43,866 nucleotides of DNA from Emiliania huxleyi CCMP1516. Its lineage: Eukaryota. The position numbers and the translations under genes are program-made. Under the pieces are notes generated by a model that did not search any database, was not told the origin of the DNA, and saw nothing but the letters and a program-made list of their open reading frames with translations. Shown piece by piece: positions 11,432-21,373 of this stretch (position 1 is its first letter; every line of letters begins with the position of its first letter). The stretch covers positions 181,074 through 224,939 of the forward strand of contig NW_005202176.1 in assembly GCF_000372725.1 (NCBI RefSeq), given 5' to 3'.

Positions 11432-13429
11432 CTAGTCTCCCCGCTCGGGCAGCGGGAGCGGCTCAGCGCCCAGCACGCCCGCCTCGTGGAGCAGCGCATG
11501 CACGTCCCTCAGTGCGGTCTCCATGCGGGCCGCCATCTCCACCACCGCAGCCTCGACCTACGCGGAGGGACGGGCTCTCTCGAGGTCTCGAGGCCGCTGC
11601 GCAACCCTTGCCCTCTCGCCCGCCCTCCGCAGCCCCGCACCCCCTCGCGGTGCGACCCGAGCCGCGCGAGGAAGTCGGCCCGGCTCGGCGCCGCCCAGAT
11701 CGCCGCGGCGACCACCCGTCGCGTGAACGGGTCTTGGTGCGGCCGCAGCGTCGCGTCGTAGGCCGCGTGCAGGCACTCTGCGAGGACAGCGCCGCCCTCG
11801 GCCCCTACCCGCGCGAGCGCGTCGTGCAGCATGCGCAGCAGCCTAGGAACGAGTCATTAGTCACCGTCAATCCCTACTCCAGCCGAGCGCGTCGTGCAGC
11901 ATGCGCTGGCTGCCGGCAGAGCCACAGCAGAGCGAGCGCGGCCGACCCCTCCTTTGCCGCCTCACCGCGCACGCACGCCCCCTCCCGCACCTCCCTCGCC
12001 ACGAGGGCGCGCAGCGTGCGCTCGGGGGACAAGCGGCGCGCCGCCGCCGCCAGCTTGTCCGCGTTCTTCCGCAGCTCGCGCGCCACAGGAGCAAAGGTGG
12101 CCCCGAGGTGGTCCAGCACCTGGGCGTGTCGTGGGCGTGTCGTGGGCGTGCCGTGGGCGTGTCGTGGGCTGTGTCGTGGGCGTGTCGTGGGCGTGTCGTG
12201 GGCGTGTCGTGGGCGTGTCGTGGGCGTGCCGTGGGCGTGTCGTGGGCGTGTCGTGGGCGTGTCGTGGGCGTGTCGTGGGCGTGTCGTGGGCGTGTCGTGG
12301 GCGTGTCGTGGGCGTGTGGTGGGCGTGTTGTGGGCGTGCCGTGGGCGTGTGGTGGGCGTGTGGTGGGCGGCGTGTCTGGCCGTCTCTTGGACGTGTCCGT
12401 CTCCATACCTCGACCAGACCTCGGCTACTTCGGCCCGATCTCGGCCCGATCTCGGCTACATCTCGCGCCGCGACGGTGGCGTAGACCGCCGCAAGCAGCG
12501 CCTCGCAGGACGCCTGACTCGCAACCCAACCACCATCACAGTTCAGCAAAGAACGCCGCGAGCGGCGCCTCGAAGGTCGCCTCCCCCTCCCCCTCCGCGC
12601 CGCCGTCGTCGCCCCTCCGCAGCGCCGCCGGGTCGAGCGCCGCCCAGAGAGGAGCCACATCGTCGAGGGCGCAGTCGAGCCGCCGCAGCGCCTCGCGCCC
12701 GCTCCGCTGCAGCAGCGACGCGCCACCCTCGCCCGCCCCCACGCTCGCCGCCGCCCCCGCGCTCGCCGCGCGCGGGGACGTCCCCCGCGGAGAGGTCGCC
12801 CGCGGAGAGGTCGCCCGCGGACCCGCCTGCCCGCGCCTGCAGAATGGCGAGGGGCCGTCGAGCCGCTCGAGCCTCGCCCTCGCCCGCCTCCGCCGCCTCA
12901 CCCTCGACGCGTCGGCGGGTGTCTCTGCGGCGGCGCCGTCGGTCACCCCTTGCAGCAGCGCCGGCAGCTGCCGGCAGCACTCCTCGAACCGCGTCAGGTC
13001 TCGCTCCGCGTCGAGCCAGAGCATCGAGCGCGCGTTGGCCGCGTGCCAGGCGGCGGACGTGGCAAGCGCCTTGACGCTCTTCGCCGTCTCCGGTGGCATC
13101 ACCTTGGCGAGCTCGGCGGCGGCCTCCTCCAGCTTCCGCAGGTCGCGCGCCGCGTCGAAGAGCAGCAGGCGCCGCGTGTTTGACGCGTACCACGCCGCCG
13201 CGAGGGAAAGCTGCACCACGGCGGGAGCGGCGCCCTCGGGCAGCAGCGCCTCGAGCTGGAGGGCAACCTCCTTGGCGCGCTGTGCGTCGCGGTGCGACGC
13301 GCCCCACTGCAGCGTGCGTGCGTTGGCAGCCGCCCATGCCGCGTGGACGGTGAGCTCGGAGAGCGCCGACGCTGCCGCCCACGCGCTGGGAGGGATATCG
13401 GGCTGGCGGTCTGCGGCCGCCGCCTCCAT
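11432..13429 (-). CDS. Glycolipid transfer protein (GLTP)-domain protein with N-terminal W-x-A-x-N-x-R repeats; multi-exon
   Basis: GLTP-like segments: VLDHLGATFAPVARELRKNADKL, SAALALLWL(L)RML, AYDATLRPHQDPFTR..AAPSRADFLARL. ATG at 13429, TAG at 11432. Some splice sites are uncertain. Confidence 0.75.
12121..12375. repeat. 11-bp minisatellite (GTGTCGTGGGC)n, intronic
   Basis: About 22 tandem units inside a GLTP-gene intron. Confidence 0.95.
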
Positions 13430-13735
13430 CGCGGTCGCGAGCAATTGTCGGCCGGCGCTCCAAATACAAAATACAGCGAGTGGAGAGATTTTCCTGTCGG
13501 TGCGGCGAGGAGTGCTCGGGCGGGACGGCCTGGGCTGCGTTATTTCTTATTTCAGCTTTTTATAATCGCTGTCGTTGGATCGCTTGCCTCATGTGTGAGA
13601 GTGCTTTTCATTTTGTTTTGTTATTTTAGAGGAGACAAAAAATAGCGGTGGTGGTCCCATTGCATTCGCGCGACAACGATACCCCGGCATCGAAGGCCTT
13701 CAGCACAACCCGACGTCAGTGGGCGACCGGCACAG

Positions 13736-14593
13736 ATGGACATGAAGCTGCCCGCCGAGCTGCGGTACGAGGCCAACGAGCACGTCGCGGTCATCACGCT
13801 CAACCGTCCGCAGGAGAGGAACGCGCTCGATGAGCGCCTCACGCTAGGGCTCCAGATAGCCGTGGCACGGATCAAGGCGTCGCCCGCCCTGCGCGTGGTC
13901 TTCCTGACGGGCAACGGCCCGATGTTCTGCGCGGGAGGCGACCCCAAGGGCTTCCAGCGGATGGCGGCGGCGGCGGCGGAGGAGAGCAGCGGCAACGGAG
14001 CCGACAACCAGTCGAACAAGAACGATGAGTCGGCGGTCGCGTTCGCAAAGCTGCTTCGCGAGCTGGACGAGCTTCCCGTGTACGTGGTGGCGCTCGCCAA
14101 TGGCACCGCCATGGGCGGCGGCGTGGGCCTGCTCTGCGTCTGCGACTACGTCGTCATCAAGCACGCGGCATCGGTCGCGCTGTCCGAGGTGAAGCTCGGC
14201 GTCATCCCGGCGACCATCTCGCCGTACGTGGTGGGGAGGGTGGGGGCGGCGCGCGCGCGGCGGCTCTTCATGACGGGCGAGACACTGCGCGCCGAGCAGG
14301 CGCGCGACCTCGGCCTCGTCGATGAGGTCGTCGTCACGGATGCAGACCTGCGCGCCGCCGCGGACCGCATCCTGGCGGCGGCGCAGTCGGCGGCGCCGGG
14401 CGCGGCGGCGGCGGCCAAGGCGCTCGTGCGGGAGGTTGCGGCGGCGCCGCGCGGGAGCGACGAGATCCTCCGCTACACCGCCGCAGAGCTCGCCCGCGTG
14501 CGGCTGACGGACGAGTGCGCCGCCGGCATGAAGGCGGTGCTCGCGAGGGAGAAGCCGCCCTGGGCAAAGGCGCCGCTCGTGTACCCGGCGTGA
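13736..14593 (+). CDS. Enoyl-CoA hydratase/isomerase (crotonase) family, methylglutaconyl-CoA hydratase-like
   Basis: VAVITLNRPQERNALD, FCAGGD, NGTAMGGGVGL..CD, LSEVKLGVIPATISPYV, ARRLFMTGE, C-terminal REKPPW; single exon. Confidence 0.92.
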   Translation: MDMKLPAELRYEANEHVAVITLNRPQERNALDERLTLGLQIAVARIKASPALRVVFLTGNGPMFCAGGDPKGFQRMAAAAAEESSGNGADNQSNKNDESAVAFAKLLRELDELPVYVVALANGTAMGGGVGLLCVCDYVVIKHAASVALSEVKLGVIPATISPYVVGRVGAARARRLFMTGETLRAEQARDLGLVDEVVVTDADLRAAADRILAAAQSAAPGAAAAAKALVREVAAAPRGSDEILRYTAAELARVRLTDECAAGMKAVLAREKPPWAKAPLVYPA

Positions 14594-15198
14594 GCGACAC
14601 GCTCGGCCGGCGGCGGAAGCCTGCGACGGCTCTCCTACTCTGCTGCTCCGTGTCGGCTTGTCAGGGTGCGGCCGCGGCTACTTCTCTCGAGAAACCTACC
14701 CGGGGGCGCGGAGGAATATTTTTCGGTTCGCTTGTTGTCTGTTTATCATCTAGGTTAGGTATAGGAAGGTGAAGCGAACAGCCAGGCTCGGACTGGACAC
14801 CGTCATCTCTAAAGCCTTCCGCTTCCCCGGCGCCCGGGGCCCGGGCACAGCCTTTCAATCTCTCTCTCAGCCTTTCGGTTCGTGAAGGGTCGGCGTTTAT
14901 CTTTATGTGTGAAGGGTCGGTGCGTGTGAGAGAGATTTTTAGCAATACCAAACAACTTTGTGTTTTGCGTGTGCGGTGTGCCGTGTGGCGTACCCCCTCT
15001 GCGCTCTGGAACACCCGTACCCCCGCAACATCTCCGTCGCTTGGTTGCTCAACATCGACCGGGAGCTGCCAGGACTCATAGACTCGGTCGAGAGACCCTT
15101 TCTGGCTTTTCGCCCAAGGGATAGAAAAAAGAAAACACTGCCAGAGCTGTGGCGTCCGCGCACCTTTGGGCGCCCGCATTCCGCCGCCGCCAAGTGCC

Positions 15199-15876
15199 AT
15201 GGAGCAGACGAGCGGCGACATGAACCGCCACTGGCAGGGCGGGGCCCCGCAGGCGGTTCAGGACGATGGCGTGAAGGACGGGCGCGTTTTCGTCTACCTG
15301 ACGGCGGACTGGGCGCAGACGATACCGCCCCCGCCAACCTTCAAAATCCGCAAGAGGAACAAGGTCCCAATCAAGGTCGTGGTGCTCGGGCCGGACCACC
15401 ACCTGCTGCAGTGCACGGCCGTCGTCGTGCTGCGCGGCTCGCAGTGCGGCCCCGTCCACCTGCAGATCGTGGGCCACGTTCGCGACTGGCTGTGGGCCAA
15501 CTCGACGCCGAAGCAGACGCGGCGGCTGGTGGAGGGGAGCGGGCCGGTGGACTACATCAACATCATCTGGTGCGCGCCGTCGAGCATGGCGCTCTACCGC
15601 GAGGCGACGCGGGCGCATGGTTTGTGCGAGTACGAGTGGGGCGCCGACGGGGAGGTGTGGGACGCGTTCTGGTACATCTACAAGCGGAATCTGAAGACGC
15701 CGTCGTACGCGCACATCGGGCTCGACACCTCCGCCTCACTCGTCCAGCAGGGCCACGTGACGGGCGAGGTCAAAGCGTGCCTGCGCGGTGCGTGGGAGGC
15801 GTCGATGCAGGAGCACGATCAGGCGGGCGGCAAGAAGCCCAAGGGCGGCAAAAAGGGGGAATGTGCCGTCCAGTGA
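15199..15876 (+). CDS. Hypothetical protein, about 225 aa
   Basis: Single ORF with strong GC3 codon bias and globular, Trp/Tyr-rich composition; no family recognised. Confidence 0.65.
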   Translation: MEQTSGDMNRHWQGGAPQAVQDDGVKDGRVFVYLTADWAQTIPPPPTFKIRKRNKVPIKVVVLGPDHHLLQCTAVVVLRGSQCGPVHLQIVGHVRDWLWANSTPKQTRRLVEGSGPVDYINIIWCAPSSMALYREATRAHGLCEYEWGADGEVWDAFWYIYKRNLKTPSYAHIGLDTSASLVQQGHVTGEVKACLRGAWEASMQEHDQAGGKKPKGGKKGECAVQ

Positions 15877-16433
15877 GCGGGGCTGCGATCGGCGGCGCTG
15901 CTGATGCGTCGAGGGGGAGCTCACAACAATGTGTTGAAATTTAAAGAGCCCGCGGAATCAAAAAACCTGTGGGGCCCGTTATTTATTCTCGTTAAGGCGA
16001 TCATTAAACAAAGAGCCCCGTAATATTCCAAAGGTCGAAAACGGTTGACGACTGAAAGGGGAACCATTGAAGAAAACAGAACATGAAAGGGCCCCAAAAA
16101 ATCTTCCTTAAACAAATGCCAGCTGGGAAAATATACAAGCGGTGGTAAAATCCAAGCGAATTTTTATCGAGAATGGGGACAGAGGTTTAAACGCGGACTA
16201 TATGAGAGCAACGATATGTTGTCACTGCCGGAGCGGAGACGAGCAGCAACTTAATCAGTCACCGGTAGGATACGCCATCAACTACTGCCCGCGTTATTTC
16301 TGCAATGAGTCGAAGGTATACGCTCAAATTCTCTTGGCGACTGCAATTCTAGCCGGGGTCCAAGTAACCTCGGTAGATGCGGTTTCGCTCTACTTCTTGC
16401 GATCTTTTTCACTACTCTACATCCTAGGACTGC

Positions 16434-16533
16434 NNNNNNNNNNNNNNNNNNNNNNNNNNNNNNNNNNNNNNNNNNNNNNNNNNNNNNNNNNNNNNNNNNN
16501 NNNNNNNNNNNNNNNNNNNNNNNNNNNNNNNNN
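16434..16533. other. Assembly gap (100 N)
   Basis: Run of N. Confidence 1.
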
Positions 16534-16924
16534 GGGGGGGGGGGGGGGGGCGCAACGTGGCGGGGGCATATCTCGCGAGACAAAATTCCCAAATATTCGG
16601 CATCGACCGCGATTCCCTCTCGACCGACCCGCACACAGCTAACAGCACACACACCCCTCGGACCCGCAAGCCCAAGCTCCGTCTCACGCGGAAAGCTAGC
16701 CATAAAATTAATTAATAATACTAACGCCGGCACAACACCACAAAGATCGCACGGGCGGGGACCTGTTCCTTTTTACCCATCTCACAGTAGAGGTGTCCGT
16801 TTTATTTATTTATTTACAACACCACTGACCACTCTCTCCATTGTGACCCATGGGCGGCGGCGTTCGGCGTCGGGAGCCGTCGCCGGCGCTTAACATCTTC
16901 CTTTTTCTTTTTCGCAGAGTCGAA

Positions 16925-16955
16925 GTGTTAGTGCCAGTGCGCGCCAGTCCCGTGC
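16925..16955 (+). repeat. Dispersed 31-bp repeat (identical copy at 42220-42250)
   Basis: gtgttagtgccagtgcgcgccagtcccgtgc at both sites. Confidence 0.85.
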
Positions 16956-17218
16956 CTAGTGTCGTGCGAAGGACGCTGGTAAAATTCTTTTTCTACAACA
17001 CCATACAGTTGAAGCACGCGGAACGCATCTCCATCGCGTCGGTGAAGGGGGTAAACCGTGCCATCCTCGATCGCCGTGCAAAGCTCGCTTCCGAGCTCTC
17101 ACGCCGCGCGTAGGGCCCTTAGGGGCCTAGAGAACACAACCCCCCTCTCTCTTTTCTCCCAGTAAGCTAAAAGTACGTAGGATCCTACAAGCATGTGAAT
17201 GCTTTCCGGCCGAGGTCG

Positions 17219-18676
17219 ATGGGAGATAGCGCCACGACGACCTCCGCCGAGGTCGACGCCGTCGCTGCAGCCAACGCGACTGCAGCGCTGCTTCGTCAGC
17301 TGCGCGTACACGACGCCGCCGCCAGCCTCACCGCGCACGCTCACCCCGGTGCTCGCTTCTGCTCGAATGCCCATTGCCTGTGCGCAGCCGAGGTGACGGT
17401 TGGAGGGCACGTCATCAGCGTCGGGCATGGACGGCTCGACGACACGCTCGACGTCTGCAAGGTGACGGAGCGCATCCTCCGCACACCGTGCCGCTGCTGT
17501 GCGAGGGATCGTGCACTCGCTCGCCGTGTGGCAAAGGGCGAGGCGCGGGTCTGCTACACGTGCGGGTCGACGGGCCACCTCGTCCGTCAGTGCCCGCAGA
17601 CGCGCTGCAACTTTTGCGGCGAGCGAGGCCATCTTGCGGCCGCATGCTCCTTTGGCGGTAGCACGGCGCGCGAGGACCAGTTCCTGCGCTGCGGCCCGGC
17701 CTGCTTTGTCCGCCGCTTTGTCGTCCCTCTCCACCGCGCGAGCCTCGACTTCGACCCGGACAGTAGCCTCCGCGACGGGCGGGCCGGCCTCGCCGCCGAC
17801 GGCTCAGTGCCAGTGCCAATGTGTGCGCGTACTCACCACTGACGGAGTAGGCGGATCGACCTCGCCGCGCGGCTTGTCTCCTCGGCCCTCGTCTCGTCGC
17901 AGCGGCTGCGGCACAACACCGAGCTCTGCCTGCCCTTCCTCGGCATGGAGCGGCCCAGCTTCCTCTGCGTCACCGGCGGCCTCGCCCGCGGCATACACCC
18001 TTGCGAGGCAGAGACCGCGCACCGGCTGCGCGCCGCGATCGACTACCTGGCCGACGGCGAGCCGGCCCCACACGCGGCCCGCCCTCGCGAGCTGCGCGGC
18101 TTCCGGCTGGCCGAGGGGGGCTTCGAGGAGGCGCTGGAAGAGGCGCTGACCCTCGCGCGCGCGCCTCCCCGCCGCAGCCGCATCGCCGCGCCGCTGCTGC
18201 TGCTGCTGCAGGGCGCGCCCCCCTTCGCGGCGGTGCTGCAGCGCCTCGCGGAGGAGACAGGGGAGGCGGAGGAGGAGGAGTCTGGGGGCGAGGCTGCGAG
18301 CGCGGAGGGGCAGCGCGGCCCGCTGCGGCTCGACGATTGCGTCATTGTTTTGGGTGACGACCGCGGGCTGACCGGTGAGGAGGTTGAGGCTGCGTGGCGC
18401 ATCGGCGCCACCGCGGGGGGAGGAGGGCGTGTGCTCGCCGCATCGCTTGGCGGCGGCGCTCTGCTGGCGAGCCACTGCATCGTGCTCTGCCACCACTACC
18501 TCGACGCGCTGCACGACTGCCCGCTGTCGCTGTGGGAGGAGCCATCCACAGAAGTGCAGCGCCTGAGCAAGCAGCGGCAGCGGCGGCGACGGGCCGGGCG
18601 GCGGGGCGTTGAAGCGGCGGCGGAGTCACCGGGCGATGGCGAGGGAGCGGCAGCGGGGAACTGCGCGTCGTCCTGA
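17219..18676 (+). CDS. Two CCHC zinc knuckles fused to a TrmY-like tRNA (pseudouridine54-N1)-methyltransferase (SPOUT) domain; 2 exons
   Basis: Knuckles CYTCGSTGHLVRQC and CNFCGERGHLAAAC. An in-frame 72-nt GC-AG intron (17779-17850) removes the stop at 17840. The spliced product has GRIDLAARLVSSALVSSQRLRHN, VLGDDRGLT and SLGGGALLASHCIVLCHHYLD, matching TrmY motifs. Confidence 0.85.
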
Positions 18677-19016
18677 GAGAGGAAGAATAAGAATTGGAAT
18701 TTGGTGTGTAAAAAAACAAACCGGAGAGATACTCTCTGTCTCTCTCTTGCGCTTTAGCGGATAGCGCACCGCATACTCCATACACCATATATAGACCATG
18801 AGGCATTTGACAATAAATAAACTCTCTGCAGGGACACAGCTCTCTCGGCGTCTGGGGAGTAAACCGCTTCGTTCGTGCCGCCGGGGTGTATACTCTGTAC
18901 GGTGGCGCGTCTCGTGCGCGCACCGTGTGGGACAGGGATCCCGGATCGGAGACGAGACCACAGCCGGTCAGCTTCCAGCGCGCGATTTGAGAGACACATC
19001 GCCCGTCCGCGCGCTC

Positions 19017-19740
19017 TTAGTCCCTCGGACTCGAAGCCGTGTTGTCGGCGGCCTGCTGCTCGATGAAGGGCAGGAACTTGCCGTTGAATGTGATGACGAC
19101 GCGCTTCTCGCCCGCCTTGCCGGTTGTCGTCCCGACATCGCCTTCGCGGCCGTGGGATGGCAGGAGTCACCGCCGGAGCTCCGACCAGGGGTTGGTGGCG
19201 CAGGCGAGGGAGTGCAGGCGAGGGCTGTGGGCGTGAACAGTGCAGGCGAGGGTGGGCACAGTAAAAGTCGATTGCCGACATGATGCCGTCGCCGCACTCC
19301 TCGTTGATGATCCGCTTGATCGCCTCGCCGTAGTGCGTGACCGCCTCGTACGTGCGGTAGACGTTTGGCTCCTGCAGGATCCTCTCGTCAAAGCCACGCA
19401 TCGGAAAGTGCGCCATCATCGCTTGCACATCGTCGTCGCTGACAGAAGGCAGCGCCTTCTTGAGCTTGGGTGCCGTATTCGCCTTGAGCTGAGCCTGGCC
19501 GAGGAAGAGCTGGGCAGTGTAGGTGTTGGTCAGGCCGAGCTTCGTCGCAAGCTCGTCGAAGGAGAGTCCCGCCTCCTCCTTCGCAGCGATAAGACGGCTC
19601 GAGCGCTCGGCCACCTCGTCGAGCCTCACGTCGTAGTCCGAGCTGCTCGCCATCGGAGCCGAGGACCGCGCGCCGGCGGCGTATCGGTGCAGCGGGGTGG
19701 GCAGCAGACCCGTGGCGGTGGCGAGGACGGCAGCGAGCAT
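19017..19740 (-). CDS. cynS: Cyanate hydratase (cyanase) with N-terminal targeting leader; 2 exons
   Basis: AKEEAGLSFDELA, EPNVYRTYEAVTHYGEAIKRIINEECGDGIMSAIDFYC|DV..RVVITFNGKFLPF. Intron 19142-19259; TAA at 19017. Confidence 0.95.
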
Positions 19741-19814
19741 ATTGAACACCCGGGCTGGCGGCAGAGCCGTGGCGGGTGGCGGCGGCCGAGGCAGAGCGAG
19801 CCCGACTCTCTGCA

Positions 19815-20069
19815 GGGTTCCGGCTCCTAGGATTCCTACCCGGATAGGAATAGGGGGTCTGTTTTCCTCGCTGACACCCTATGCAATAGGTAGGTAGGTC
19901 CGGCTTTGACCGCCCCAGAGGGCCCTGCAACAGGTAGGTACCCCCTGTTTTCGTCTTTTTTCGCTTCGCTGCGCGGCCTGGCCCTGGCGCCTGGGGATAG
20001 ATAGGTAGGTAGGGCGTTTGGCGCGAGTCGTGGTCAACAGACCCCCTATCCGGGTAGGAGCCGGAACCC
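19815..20069. mobile_element. MITE-like element with ~34-bp imperfect terminal inverted repeats
   Basis: Left gggttccggctccta(ggattccta)cccggatagg(aatagg)gggtctgtt is the reverse complement of right aacagaccccctatccgggtaggagccggaaccc apart from two short internal duplications. Confidence 0.65.
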
Positions 20070-20482
20070 AGGTGTGGGGCAAAGTAGTATTATTTCTTTT
20101 TCAGTGAATGTAGCTCTGACGAACATACCCGAGGGTGAACTGCTGAGGCAACCCTGTCTGCACGTCTCGCGCGCGCGTGAACAGGGCTCCAGGCCCCAAA
20201 TGACGTGTGAGTGTTAGATTTGTTTGGTATTGCTAAAAATCTCTCTCAGGGTTTGCGATGAGGAGCGATCCGAACGTGGTATTCGGGTGATCAGAGCACT
20301 ATTAGTAGGTAGGTAGGTAGAAAGGTGAAGAACAGCCAGGCTCGGACTGGACACCAACGCGGTATGGGTGGACGCTGGACAGATGATGACGACACGCACT
20401 ATTAAGAGGAAAGAAAAGAAATGCGAATGCTGGCGCCTTCCCTGCCCCAAGTGCGACCTGGCCACCTTTCCTTTCCCCAACC

Positions 20483-20968
20483 ATGATGCTCCCGCTGATG
20501 CTCGCCATCGCCGGCGCGCCCGAGCTGAAGGAGAGCGTCGGCTGCGGCACCGGCATGTACGTCTACAACCCGGGTTGCGGCATGGAATCGCCGGTCGAGG
20601 GCATCTTCGGCGACCCGCAGGCGGGCTGCGAGCAGTGCATGCGCATCCTGGTGAAGGAAGGCAACTTCGAGGGCTGCGAGGAGAAGGTGACGTGCGAGCA
20701 GGAAGGAGGCGGCTTCCTCTTCGGCGGCGGCAGCAAGGTCATCTTCATGAAGGCGCTGGCTGCGCCGTCGCCGCCGCCGCTGCCGCCCACGCCGCCGACG
20801 ATGCCTCCGCCCGAGGAGGATCTGTGGGACGAGTACTGCCCTGACGACATGGAGAAGGATGAGTGCAAGCAGAAAGCAGCCATCGCAGGCGGCGCCGCCA
20901 CCGTCTGTGTCCTCGCGATTGTTGTTGTTGGCGCCTCCAAGAAAGGCGGATCTGTGCCGCAGCTCTGA
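20483..20968 (+). CDS. Small Cys-rich surface protein with SPPP/Pro linker and C-terminal hydrophobic anchor
   Basis: Signal-like N-terminus MMLPLMLAIAGA, Cys-rich domain, PSPPPLPPTPP linker, AAIAGGAATVCVLAIVVVG TM segment followed by KK. Confidence 0.7.
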   Translation: MMLPLMLAIAGAPELKESVGCGTGMYVYNPGCGMESPVEGIFGDPQAGCEQCMRILVKEGNFEGCEEKVTCEQEGGGFLFGGGSKVIFMKALAAPSPPPLPPTPPTMPPPEEDLWDEYCPDDMEKDECKQKAAIAGGAATVCVLAIVVVGASKKGGSVPQL

Positions 20969-21373
20969 GAGCGGCAAAGGCGCCGGTCTCGCCTCCTCTC
21001 TGGTATAAGCCACCGCGCGGATGCGCGGCCGGGAACGGGAGTCTACGCTGTGGCTGACTTCCACTCTCTGGGCTCCCGACTTCCAATAGAAGGGAGAGAA
21101 AGCGCGGAGCGCGGAGGAGCGAGAAAAAGAGATGCGGGGGGACGGCGACATGGAGTGCGAGTAGGAGGTGGCTTCGAGAGGTGGCTCCTGGCAGGTGCTC
21201 GGTTTCAGGTTGTGTCATGTGTGCCGTAGGAGGTCTCATCAGGTCGAGGCAGAGTGTCAGCAATTTTTGGTGACACTAAATTAATTAATAAAGCGGAGGC
21301 GCGCGGTTTAGGCTTTAGCGCGTGCGGTGGAGGATGTCGGACATGGGTGTTCAGTGTTCTGCGGTGTTGTCGC

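Noticed and set aside
11416..13565. Plus-strand ORFs of ~550 aa with VVGVSWACRGR repeats
   Set aside because: Antisense to the GLTP gene; the repeats are translations of the 11-bp intronic minisatellite.
15920..16433. AT-rich segment suggesting foreign DNA
   Set aside because: It abuts a gap, looks like low-quality read-end sequence, and has no credible ORF.
19887..20320. (TAGG)n runs as possible telomeric seeds
   Set aside because: Short tetranucleotide runs, not TTAGGG-type arrays.
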